Shown one piece after another: positions 40,084 to 49,242 of a stretch of DNA of 64,000 bases. The stretch spans positions 832,001 through 896,000 of the forward strand of contig CBDAOY010000005.1 in assembly GCA_965198225.1 (NCBI GenBank), in the 5' to 3' direction. Origin of the DNA: Terriglobia bacterium. GTDB taxonomy: Bacteria > Acidobacteriota > Terriglobia > 20CM-2-55-15. Position 1 is the stretch's first letter; the number at the start of each line of letters is the position of its first letter. The notes under the pieces were generated by a model that searched no databases, was not told the DNA's origin, and saw nothing but the letters and a program-made list of their open reading frames with translations. Both the position numbers and the translations under genes were made by a program.

Positions 40084-41447
40084 ATGTCGATCGAGGTCAA
40101 ACTGGACAGGGACCGAATGGAAGCGGTTGTCGAGGTGCAGCGACAGGAGGAAGAATCGATCGGTCTCGAGCTGATCAAACAGCTGCTGGACGAACCTGCC
40201 TGGACGAAGCCGGAGTCTGCCACGGCATCGATGAAGCCCTCTGCACCGAGTTCATCGACTCCGTCAGCAAGGCGCCGCCGGGTGGAAGGATTCGCCAGGC
40301 TGTCGCCCGGGGCACGGCCCCTGTAAAAGGAGATGACGGCAGCATCGAGATGACGGTCGAAACCGGGCGGGAAGAGGTCGGTGTCGCGCGGGAGTCGGGC
40401 AGCATCGACTTCCATGAACGCGGTTCATTCACGCCTATCGAAAAAGAGCAGTTGATCGCTCGTGTCGTCCCACCAACGGAGGGGACGCCTGGAAAGAACG
40501 TTCGAGGGGAGGAACTCCACGCGGAGCCCGGAACGAAGGCGAGCCTCAATACCGGATCCGGCACGGCCATGGCAGCGGGAGGCACCGAACTGCGCGCAAC
40601 TCGAGCAGGTGACCTGCGCTTTGTGGGAGATCGGATCGAAGTTTCGGAACTCATCCGAGTCTTGGGAAACCTCGATTACAAGATGGGGAGCATCGAATGT
40701 CAGGGCTCGGTAACCGTGGAAGGGGACGTCTTGCCCGGGTTCCACATACGGGCCGAGGGGGACGTGACGATCGGAGGTATCGTGGACTCCGCCGAAGTCA
40801 AAGCCGCCGGTAGCGTGACGGTCCGTCAGGGTGTCGTCCGTGGTAGCCGGATTTCGGCCGGAGGAGAACTAAGAGTTGGCTATGTAAGCGGATCCTACCT
40901 GGAGAGTGATGCCAAGGTCACGATCCAGAAGGAGGCGATGCACAGTACCGTGGTTTCCGGGGATTCAATCGCGGTCCCAGGCTCCGGCCGTGCGGTCGGG
41001 GGCAGCCTGCAGGCAAAGAAAGGAATCGAGATCGGTGTTGCCGGACACGAAAACGGTGTTGCGACTGTCCTGGCCGCCGGGGTGACCCCTCTGAAGGAAT
41101 TGGAGGAAGCGAAACTCAAGGCTCGGATGAAGCGGACAGCAGCCGTCAAGGTCCAGATCGAGAAGATCAAGGATCTCGCCAAGCCGGATCAGCATGACCG
41201 CCTGGATCAGTTGGCTTCGAGCCACGAAACTACGGAGGAAAAGAGCGCTGAGGCATTGGCCGAACTGGAAAAAAAGGAAAGCGATGGGCTGTCAGAGTGC
41301 CGGATAACCGTGAGCCGGGCCGTCCATTCGGGCGTGCGCGTTCGAATCGGTCCCGGCGAGCTGGCAATCGTAGAAGACCATCGAAGTGCGAAGTTTCAAT
41401 ATTACAAGGACGCGAGTGAGGTGATCGGAGTTTATTCGGGAGGCTAG
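40084..41447 (+). pseudogene. FapA/DUF342-family protein with a frameshift near 40195
   Basis: PPTEGTPGKNVRGE, GNLDYKMGSI, GDVLPGF; CTGGACGAA repeated at 40186-40194 and 40200-40208, and a 14-bp deletion restores the frame. Confidence 0.75.
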
Positions 41448-41449
41448 CA

Positions 41450-41818
41450 ATGACTGTTCGTGATGCCATGAGCACCCAGGTGATTACCGTTCGAGAATCA
41501 GACTCGGCCTTGGATGGCTTGAAGCTACTCGTTACAAAAGGCATCAGCGGCGCCCCTGTCGTTGATGAAGAATCTCGCATGGTCGGAGTCGTGACCGAAT
41601 TCGACCTGCTGCTTGCGCTCGATCACGTCGGCGAACAAGTGCCGATCGCAAGGATCATGACCGAGGACGCGTCTTCGGTGAGTCCCGATACCAGCCTCGA
41701 CGAGGCTCGGGAACTGATGATCGGTCACAATTGGCGCCGGCTGCCCGTCGTCGAGGACGACAAGATCGTGGGTGTTCTGTCGCGCAGGGACATCCTTCGG
41801 GTGCGTTTCGGGCTCTGA
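41450..41818 (+). CDS. CBS domain pair protein
   Basis: VRDAMS, ISGAPVVDE, VGVVTEFDL, RRLPVVE, SRRDIL. Confidence 0.9.
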   Translation: MTVRDAMSTQVITVRESDSALDGLKLLVTKGISGAPVVDEESRMVGVVTEFDLLLALDHVGEQVPIARIMTEDASSVSPDTSLDEARELMIGHNWRRLPVVEDDKIVGVLSRRDILRVRFGL

Positions 41819-41827
41819 CCTGACCAG

Positions 41828-42094
41828 TGGCCTGTAACAGTGCTATCGGCACCATCGCCGATGGGTCTTGCGGGCGAGGTCGAGGAGGGAGACGGAAAGC
41901 GATGCTCTTTCATCGGTGACGGCTTCCGACAAAGAGATCGCCCGCAACCCCCATCGGCCCGAAGGGTTCGGCCCAACGGCGCCGTCTTCGGTGTTGTAAC
42001 GCCCTCGCAATGAAACAGCATTGGCTCGAGCGTCACTCCTAGAATCCGACGCCGTTCCGCCGAACGCTGGTACCGATAGCACTGTTACAGGCCA
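41828..42094. mobile_element. MITE A (CCAG/CTAG flanks)
   Basis: Ends TGGCCTGTAACAGTGCTATCGG / CCGATAGCACTGTTACAGGCCA; no coding capacity. Confidence 0.8.
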
Positions 42095-42098
42095 CTAG

Positions 42099-42262
42099 CC
42101 CGGATTATTCCTGGTTGTCGTCGCGAAGCGGTGGAGACGCCGTAGAGACAAGGCGCGCGAGGCCGGCGTGTCTGGATCCAATGCCGAGGCCGACCCGTTA
42201 GCCGAACGCCTTATCTGCGAGTGTATCCGCCGCTGCAGTAGACAATTCATGAATAATCCGGG
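42099..42262. mobile_element. MITE B (CTAG flanks)
   Basis: Ends CCCGGATTATTC / GAATAATCCGGG; CTAG at 42095-42098 and 42263-42266. Confidence 0.8.
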
Positions 42263-42266
42263 CTAG

Positions 42267-43803
42267 GAGTCTGCGCGGCAGAAGGACCGGAATTGGGCGG
42301 ATAAAGATCGAAGATATGTCATGGCACGAACCTATCGGACTTATAGCCCAGAACAAACACTGCTGATGCCACCGTCGTTGAGAGATTGGTTGGCCGAAGA
42401 TCACCTGTCGTACTTCATATCGGACGCGGTGGACGCGATGGATTTGAGCGCGTTCGAACAGCGGTATGGAACCGAGGGTCCGGGCAATCAGGCGTTTGAT
42501 CCGCGGATGATGGTGAAGGTGCTGATTTATGGGTACGCGACCGGAGTGTTCTCGTCCAGGAAGATCGCGGCGAAGTTGACCGACGACGTAGCGTTCCGGA
42601 TGTTGGGAGCGGAGAACTTTCCGGCGCACCGAACGATCTCGGATTTTCGCAAACTGCATCTTGAGGAGTTCGGAAACCTGTTTGTGCAAGTGGTGATGAT
42701 GGCGCGGGAAGCGGGACTGGTGAAGATGGGAACCGTGGCGGTGGACGGGACCAAGATGCGGGCGAATGCAAGCAAACGCAAAGCGATGAGCTACGAACGC
42801 ATGAAAAAGCAGGAGACCGAATTGGGTGAACAGATTCGGGATCTGTTGAACCGGGCCGAGGCGACCGATGAGGACGAAGACGAGCGATACGGCAAGGACC
42901 GGCGCGGAGACGAACTGCCCGACGGGTTGGCCACGCGCAAGAAGCGCCTGGCCACGATACAGGCGGCCATGAAGCGGCTCGAAGAACGTCAGATGGCCGC
43001 GGACAAGGAAGCGGGACGGAACACCAAAGATCACAAACCCGGATGCGGAAAGAAGCCATTCAAACGTCCCATGGGGGAACCTAAACCCACGGCCCAGGAC
43101 AACTTCACCGACCCGGAAAGCCGGATGATGAAGACCTCCACCGAAGGGTTCCAGCAATGCTACAACGCGCAAGCGGTGGTGGATTCCCAGGCCCGGATCA
43201 TCGTGGCAACAACGGTGACTGACAATGCATCGGATGTGGGGCAGTTGGAACCCACGCTGGATGCGTTGAGCGACAATCTGGGGGAGCGTCCCGACCGCGT
43301 GCTGGCCGATGCGGGATATCGATCCGAGTCAAATCTGGGGATGTTGGAACAACGTCAGATTGACGGGTATGTTGCGATGGGTCGCGAGAAGGATCTCGCC
43401 CGTGCCCCACTCCCACCCAAAGACACCGCTGTTGGTCGGATGATGAGAAAGATGAAAACCAAGCGTGGGCGTGACCGCTACCGGGCCCGAAAGCACATTG
43501 GTGAGCCGCCCTTCGGGTGGATCAAGTCGGTGCTCGGATTCCGACAGTTCAGTCTACGCGGTTTGGACAAAGTGACCGGGGAGTGGAATCTGGTCACTCT
43601 GGCGGTGAACTTACGACGGATGAACGGGAAGATCGAATGGGCATAATCCGGAAAACCGCAACCCGGCAGACCCGATACACGGCCAATTACGGGTGTCCGT
43701 ACAACTCTGAACTCGTCGTATCGGAAGAATCGGTCGATTCTCCTCCGAAGACCCTCTCAAATCCCAATCAGTCCGAGTTCTTTGCGCTCTGCCGCGCAGA
43801 CTC
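42267..43803 (+). mobile_element. IS1182-family element flanked by CTAG
   Basis: Ends GAGTCTGCGCGGCAGA / TCTGCCGCGCAGACTC; CTAG at 42263-42266 and 43804-43807. Confidence 0.92.
42321..43646 (+). CDS. IS1182-family transposase
   Basis: LMPPSLRDWL, PAHRTISDFR, VDGTKMRANAS, NFTDPESR, LADAGY, EPPFGWIK. Confidence 0.93.
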   Translation: MARTYRTYSPEQTLLMPPSLRDWLAEDHLSYFISDAVDAMDLSAFEQRYGTEGPGNQAFDPRMMVKVLIYGYATGVFSSRKIAAKLTDDVAFRMLGAENFPAHRTISDFRKLHLEEFGNLFVQVVMMAREAGLVKMGTVAVDGTKMRANASKRKAMSYERMKKQETELGEQIRDLLNRAEATDEDEDERYGKDRRGDELPDGLATRKKRLATIQAAMKRLEERQMAADKEAGRNTKDHKPGCGKKPFKRPMGEPKPTAQDNFTDPESRMMKTSTEGFQQCYNAQAVVDSQARIIVATTVTDNASDVGQLEPTLDALSDNLGERPDRVLADAGYRSESNLGMLEQRQIDGYVAMGREKDLARAPLPPKDTAVGRMMRKMKTKRGRDRYRARKHIGEPPFGWIKSVLGFRQFSLRGLDKVTGEWNLVTLAVNLRRMNGKIEWA

Positions 43804-43822
43804 CTAGCTTCGCTGTCGGGGC

Positions 43823-44488
43823 CTACCCCTCTCGGGAGCCCGTCGCGGATGCTGCGTTTTCGTCGAATTTCACGTTCCAATGGGCGCCGTTGCAGAACGG
43901 CTTGTTCTTGCTCGCCCCGCACCGGCACAGCGTCAGATGGTCGGTCGTCGCACCCTCGCCCAGCTCGACGCCGACAAGAGCGGCACCCCCCGTCACGACG
44001 TAGGGACCGTTCGGCACGAACGCGATACCGGGATCGCCACCATGGTCCCGGTGCTCTTCACCCTCGGTGGAGTAACTCAGCGCGCCTGAGGGACATCCGC
44101 GTATCGTCAGTATGATTTCATCGACGGGAGCTCCCTCCGGATCGACCCAGGGCTCTGTGCCCAGGCGGAAGACGGTCCCTAGACCCTCGGTGCATTTTGC
44201 CGCGTGCGCGCACACGCCGCGGTTGTCGTGAATCGTGATCCCCTTGCCCTCATAGTTGTCCCGCCTGTCGGCCATCCGGTCGGGTTCCTTGGCACTCGAG
44301 AATCCCACTCGCTTGTGGGAGCCATCGCAGAATGGCTTGTTGCCCGACGCGCCGCACCGGCACAGGGCAGCCCGATCGCCCAGTTCATGCACCTTGCCGT
44401 CGGAGAAACTTCGCAAGCTGCCGGCTCCTTCCACGATGTATGGTCCGTTCTCGGTCGGTTGAATTCTCCTGCGATTCTCATTGCTCAT
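43823..44488 (-). CDS. CDGSH iron-sulfur protein (CDGSH - 4Fe-4S-like - CDGSH)
   Basis: CRCGASGNKPFCDGSH; CAHAAKC...CPSGAL; CRCGASKNKPFCNGAH. Confidence 0.9.
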   Translation of the reverse strand: MSNENRRRIQPTENGPYIVEGAGSLRSFSDGKVHELGDRAALCRCGASGNKPFCDGSHKRVGFSSAKEPDRMADRRDNYEGKGITIHDNRGVCAHAAKCTEGLGTVFRLGTEPWVDPEGAPVDEIILTIRGCPSGALSYSTEGEEHRDHGGDPGIAFVPNGPYVVTGGAALVGVELGEGATTDHLTLCRCGASKNKPFCNGAHWNVKFDENAASATGSREG

Positions 44489-44639
44489 TCGGAACTCCTT
44501 GACGCCATCTTCCTGGCACGTTTAATTGCAGCGCATATTGTATTTCGAGTGACGGCCAAACGTCACCCGGCCTCGGCCGGCGTGCTCGATTGCGCCCCGA
44601 CCGTCAGAGGCTGTATCCTGATGCGGCCGGAAGGATAAC

Positions 44640-45659
44640 ATGCAGCATGAAGAACGCTTGTCCGCCGATGCCGGGTTGAAGCGATTCGTACGGTATGCGG
44701 TTGCGCTGCCCGTCGCGATGTTCGTCTTTGCTGGGACTGCGCACGCACAGCGGGCGTATGTCTCCAACGAACGTGACGGTACGATCACGATCATCGACAC
44801 GTCGACCGATTCGGTCGTGGACTCGATCTTTGTGGGCTCTCGCCCTCGGGGGATTCAGTTGTTGCCCAGCAGACGGGGGCTCTACGTCGCGCTCTCCCGA
44901 CCGCCGGATGACCTTATCTCACCTTTCGAGGAGAAACTCGCCATCATCGCGCTCAGCTCGTACAAAGTTCTGCGTCTGCTCGACGTGGGGTCGGAACCCG
45001 TGAATTTCTCTTTCCTGGGAATCAGCGAATACGCCATTGTGGCGAACGGTAATGCCGAGACGGCCTCGGTCGTGGACGTCGCGGGCCTTCGTGTCCTCAC
45101 GAAGGTGACGGTCGGAGCCCAACCCGAGGCGGTCGCGACATCACCGGACGGCCGCTGGACGTACGTGGCCTCGGAGGTTGCGAATCAGGTGACCGTCATC
45201 GACAGTCAGGCGCTTCACGATACCCGGTCGTTCGATACCGGGCCCCGACCCAAGGGTATTGCATTCTCGCCGGATGGAGCGCGGGCGTATGTCACTTCGG
45301 CGGATGGCGCGAGCGTTGCGATCATCGACGCCCGTCGCCATGAGCCTGTCGGTTCGATCGAGCTCCGGGAGGGTTCCCGACCCAACGGCATCGTGCTGTC
45401 AGCCGACGGCAGCCGAGCCTACGTGTCGAATGGTCTCGGAGCGGATGTCGCCGTGCTCGACCTGCAGACCGGGGAGGCGATCAGCTACATCCCTGCCGGG
45501 GAACGGGTCTGGGGCATTGCCCTGACCCCAGACGGCCGAAAGCTCTACGCGGCGGACAGTCTGGGTAACGAGATCGCGGTCATCGATACCGAAACGCTGG
45601 AGGTTGTCCGAACAATAGCGACAGGAGACGGCCCCTGGGGCATCGTCATCGGTCCTTGA
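44640..45659 (+). CDS. YVTN/YncE-type beta-propeller protein
   Basis: Signal peptide; repeats such as SPDGRWTYV, SPDGARAYVT, TPDGRKLY. Confidence 0.85.
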   Translation: MQHEERLSADAGLKRFVRYAVALPVAMFVFAGTAHAQRAYVSNERDGTITIIDTSTDSVVDSIFVGSRPRGIQLLPSRRGLYVALSRPPDDLISPFEEKLAIIALSSYKVLRLLDVGSEPVNFSFLGISEYAIVANGNAETASVVDVAGLRVLTKVTVGAQPEAVATSPDGRWTYVASEVANQVTVIDSQALHDTRSFDTGPRPKGIAFSPDGARAYVTSADGASVAIIDARRHEPVGSIELREGSRPNGIVLSADGSRAYVSNGLGADVAVLDLQTGEAISYIPAGERVWGIALTPDGRKLYAADSLGNEIAVIDTETLEVVRTIATGDGPWGIVIGP

Positions 45660-46241
45660 ATGCCGGCCGAACTCACTTCCCGCCAGCGAAGGCTATGGCT
45701 GAGTGCGGTGATTGTGGTCCTCCTCGTTCTGACCGCCCTCCAGCTTAATAGCCAGGGTCGTCTGTGGCTGTGCTCCTGCGGCGAGTTGTACCTCTGGGCA
45801 GGCGACATCAACAGCGCGCACAATTCGCAGCATCTCCTCGATCCCTACAGTTTCACCCACCTGCTTCATGGCCTGGCGTTCTTCTGGCTCCTGACGTTGG
45901 CGGCGGGGCGACTCTCTTCGGAACTGCACGTCGGTCTGACCGTTCTGATGGAGTCTGTCTGGGAGGTCGTCGAAAACTCCCGCTTCATCATCGACCGCTA
46001 CCGTGAGGCGACGATAGCGCTCGGCTATGAAGGAGACACTATCGTGAACTCCATGGCGGACATTGCGATCTGTACGGGGGGCTTCGTGCTGGGCGTCTAC
46101 CTGGGTCTACGCCGTTCTATCGTGCTGTTTGCGGCGACCGAGGTCGTGCTGGCGTTCTGGATCCGAGACGGTCTGTTGCTGAACATTGTGATGTTGATCT
46201 ACCCGTTCGAGGCGATCAAATCCTGGCAGATGGGGCTTTAG
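45660..46241 (+). CDS. DUF2585 family membrane protein
   Basis: HNSQHLLDPYSFTHLLHG, WEVVENS, IIDRYR, GDTIVNS, IRDGLLLN. Confidence 0.85.
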   Translation: MPAELTSRQRRLWLSAVIVVLLVLTALQLNSQGRLWLCSCGELYLWAGDINSAHNSQHLLDPYSFTHLLHGLAFFWLLTLAAGRLSSELHVGLTVLMESVWEVVENSRFIIDRYREATIALGYEGDTIVNSMADIAICTGGFVLGVYLGLRRSIVLFAATEVVLAFWIRDGLLLNIVMLIYPFEAIKSWQMGL

Positions 46242-47831
46242 CGGAGTCTCGTCCCTCCCCGAGGACAGATGGGGAGCTTCGACACCTGCCGAGCCTTCTT
46301 CGTGCGGCCCGCCCTTCGATTTCAGACTCAAACGCAGCCCTTCCACGATCAGCCCGAAGATGTTCGGCGAGTGCTGCAGGAGCAGAGAAAACCATTGCGA
46401 CTTCCGCATCTGTGGGAAATAGATTCCCCGAAACGCGAGGGAGGCGCAGAACAGGGTCGCTCGCTCGACGAACGGACGATGGGCGATTTTCCGGAGTCCC
46501 GCCGTGATGCCGGAGCGGGAATAGGATCGTCGCCAGGCTCCGCGCACCTCGGTCTCGGCCTGGGGGATCGTGAGGTTCCGGGGTGTGAAAGCCATCCTGA
46601 ACGGGCGGAAGTCGAGCCAATGTGTCGGGCGCGTCAAGCGGCCTTCATCGGCCAATCGATCATAGAGCGGTGTGGCCGGGTACGGGGTGAGCAGGCCGTA
46701 GACGGGCAGACCGGGGGGCCAGCTCTCAATCTGTTCCACCGTCCGATCTGCGACACCAGGCGTATCGCCGTCCATTCCGAATATGAAGGAGGTGATCGCA
46801 TACACACCGCGATCGGCCAGACGGTTCAGAATCCCTCCGTATTCCGCCGGTTTGTTGAAACCCTTGCTGACCTCCTTCAGGCTGGCGGGGTCGATCGACT
46901 CCATTCCGATGAAGACCCAGCGTCCGCCGCTATCGGCGATCAAATCCAGCAGTTCCTCGTCGCGCAGGAGGTTGATGCTGATCTGCGCGACCCAGGGGAT
47001 GACTGCATCCCTCGCGATGATTTCACGAAGCAGCGACTTGGTTCGCTTCACGTTGATCGCGAAGTTGTCGTCGATGAAGAAAGCCGCGATCTTGCCGGGG
47101 TCTCGGTCTGCGCGTTCTTTCAGCAGCAACAGCTCTTCGACGACACTTTCGTTGGAGCGGAAGCGGATGGAATCGCCGAAGAACCCGGTCACGGTGCAAA
47201 AATCACATCCATAGGGGCATCCCCTGCCCGACTCGATCGGAACGACGTGCAGGGTCTTCCACGACCACCCAAGCTTCCGCAGCACAAACCGCACAGCCGA
47301 GGGAATCGGCCGCAGCAAGTTGAATTGCTCAAGGTCGAGTGTGTCCCAGGGAATTCTCGGATACTCAGCCAGGTCCGGCTTGATCTCGGTTCCCGAAGCA
47401 TCGACCGGGGCGTAGATCTCCTGCAGTTGTCCCCGGGCGGCATCCTCGACGATCCTGGGCCAGGTTTGATCGGCCTCTCCCAGCGCAACGGCGTCCGCGT
47501 GTCTCGGCTCACCGCTCCGGCCCAGAGGTTCGTCCGGTACTTCGGTCACGTGGGGACCGCCGAACACCACCTTGGCTCCCGCCGCGCGTATGGCGTCCGC
47601 TGCCCGGTATGCGCGTGCCGCCATACGGGTCATCGCACCGATCCCGACCAGCTCGATTTCGTTGGTCCGGACGTAGGAGGCCAGCTCGGACTCCGACATC
47701 GGCCGGGCGTTACCGTCGATGAGAAACACACGGTGTTCCGCGGGCGTCAGAGACTTCAGCAGGAACATCCATAGATGCGGCATGAAGTTCCGAGTGACCC
47801 CGTTGTCGGGGTTATATAGAAGGATGTTCAT
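46107..47831 (-). CDS. B12-binding domain radical SAM protein (3' end uncertain; overlaps the convergent gene)
   Basis: VVFGGPH; GRGCPYGCDFC (CxxxCxxC); FFIDDN; FIGMES; TPYPATP. Confidence 0.88.
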   Translation of the reverse strand: MNILLYNPDNGVTRNFMPHLWMFLLKSLTPAEHRVFLIDGNARPMSESELASYVRTNEIELVGIGAMTRMAARAYRAADAIRAAGAKVVFGGPHVTEVPDEPLGRSGEPRHADAVALGEADQTWPRIVEDAARGQLQEIYAPVDASGTEIKPDLAEYPRIPWDTLDLEQFNLLRPIPSAVRFVLRKLGWSWKTLHVVPIESGRGCPYGCDFCTVTGFFGDSIRFRSNESVVEELLLLKERADRDPGKIAAFFIDDNFAINVKRTKSLLREIIARDAVIPWVAQISINLLRDEELLDLIADSGGRWVFIGMESIDPASLKEVSKGFNKPAEYGGILNRLADRGVYAITSFIFGMDGDTPGVADRTVEQIESWPPGLPVYGLLTPYPATPLYDRLADEGRLTRPTHWLDFRPFRMAFTPRNLTIPQAETEVRGAWRRSYSRSGITAGLRKIAHRPFVERATLFCASLAFRGIYFPQMRKSQWFSLLLQHSPNIFGLIVEGLRLSLKSKGGPHEEGSAGVEAPHLSSGRDETPLKPHLPGFDRLERVDQHHNVQQQTVSDPERQHDLGRRKQHDRTA

Positions 47832-48113
47832 AGGGGCCGATGCTGAGGATTCAGGTCCGAGGGATGGTGCGTCCCTTTAGCGCGTCCTGCCTCAAAGGCG
47901 CGTTCGTGCAAACAAACCCGAAGGGAGTGTACGACCATGTGGTTGAGAAGTAAATAGAGATCGGGGTAGTGCAACAGAAAACTGTAGCACTACCGAGCTC
48001 GGATAGGCGAACGGGCCGGCGAGCCTGTTTCGAAGGGAAGTGGCTTCACAGGGCGTTCGGTTTGTTGGCGGCCAGGAGCCCCACTTCCAGGCTGTGCGCC
48101 TGGTCATTCCACG

Positions 48114-48142
48114 TTGACCGGGTAGGACGCCGGGCATAGAAT
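48114..48142 (+). promoter_or_regulatory. Sigma70-type promoter upstream of the molybdoenzyme operon
   Basis: TTGACC (48114-48119), 17 bp, TAGAAT (48137-48142). Confidence 0.6.
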
Positions 48143-48252
48143 CGGGAAACGCTCAACGAAAGGTTCTGAATGCGATCTTGATCCAGGCAGCGACGTAGGG
48201 TTGCCACCGTGGAGCAACCAGTACGTCCGGCGAAGGTTCAATAGGAGACGCA

Positions 48253-49230
48253 ATGGCACAAGATAAGGAGTTCTCCGAATCCAAACTCAAGGAACAGAAA
48301 GCACCTGGCGCGGCCCAACCTCAAAAACCGCGGCCGACGATGACGCGGCGCGACTTTCTGAAAAAGGGCAATACCGGCGCCGTCGCGGTCGGTGTCATGA
48401 GCGGCGCCGGCTTCGCCGCCCTGGTTCCCGAACCGGCGACAGCGACCCAATCCACCCCGGCCGATCCTGTAACGAGTCGCCGAGTGACGCTCGACATCGA
48501 TGGAAAAGAACACGATGTCACGGTCGATGTGCGGGAGAGCTTGTGGGAGACCATGAATTACCAGTTGGGCCTGTCCAACTGCAACCTGGGCTGCGACCGT
48601 GCCCAGTGTGGCGCGTGCACCGTGGTCATGGATGGCCGGGCGGTCAACGGGTGTGCTCTCCTGACGGCGCGTTGCGGCCGCGGCCAGGAAATCGTGACCG
48701 TGGCCAGTCTCGCGGATGGGCCCGGCGTCGAAGGGCTGCATCCGCTTCAGCGCGCTTTCTGGTTCGAGGGGGGGTTCCAGTGCGGCATCTGCACGCGCGG
48801 TTTCATCATGGCCTCCCACGCCCTGCTCGAGGACAACCCGAACCCGACGACGGCAGAAATCAAAGAAGCGCTCGCGGGCAACATCTGCCGCTGCGGCGAA
48901 TACCCCAAGATACTGAACGCGGTGAGGAAAGCGGCAGCCGAATTACGGGGCGAGCAGATCACATACGCCGCGCCGTTGATTTCGGGCGAGGAGCCCGCGC
49001 CCACCGAGGTCGCCGGAGGAAGAACCTCCAGGCAGTTCTCGTTCGCAACAGCGCTGGGCACGATCGAGGATTATGACGAACTGGCTGCCGAGCTGGCTCT
49101 GAGGCCCGGCATCCTGGACGTGTCGGGGACCGAACGCACGATCACGCCCACCTGGGACCCCGCCAGGCTCGATGAAGCCAGGGTCCGACAGATCCTTGAG
49201 GAATTGGGCCACGCCGTGAGGCCGGACTAA
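48253..49230 (+). CDS. Xanthine dehydrogenase-family 2Fe-2S subunit with Tat signal (PaoA-like)
   Basis: TRRDFLK; GCDRAQCGACTV; QCGICTRG; GNICRCG. Confidence 0.9.
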   Translation: MAQDKEFSESKLKEQKAPGAAQPQKPRPTMTRRDFLKKGNTGAVAVGVMSGAGFAALVPEPATATQSTPADPVTSRRVTLDIDGKEHDVTVDVRESLWETMNYQLGLSNCNLGCDRAQCGACTVVMDGRAVNGCALLTARCGRGQEIVTVASLADGPGVEGLHPLQRAFWFEGGFQCGICTRGFIMASHALLEDNPNPTTAEIKEALAGNICRCGEYPKILNAVRKAAAELRGEQITYAAPLISGEEPAPTEVAGGRTSRQFSFATALGTIEDYDELAAELALRPGILDVSGTERTITPTWDPARLDEARVRQILEELGHAVRPD

Positions 49231-49242
49231 GGAGGAAACGAC

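Noticed and set aside
48150-48250. Possible Moco riboswitch in the leader of the molybdoenzyme operon
   Set aside because: Only a small GGTTGC/GCAACC hairpin is visible; I could not match the multi-stem consensus. An Rfam scan would settle it.
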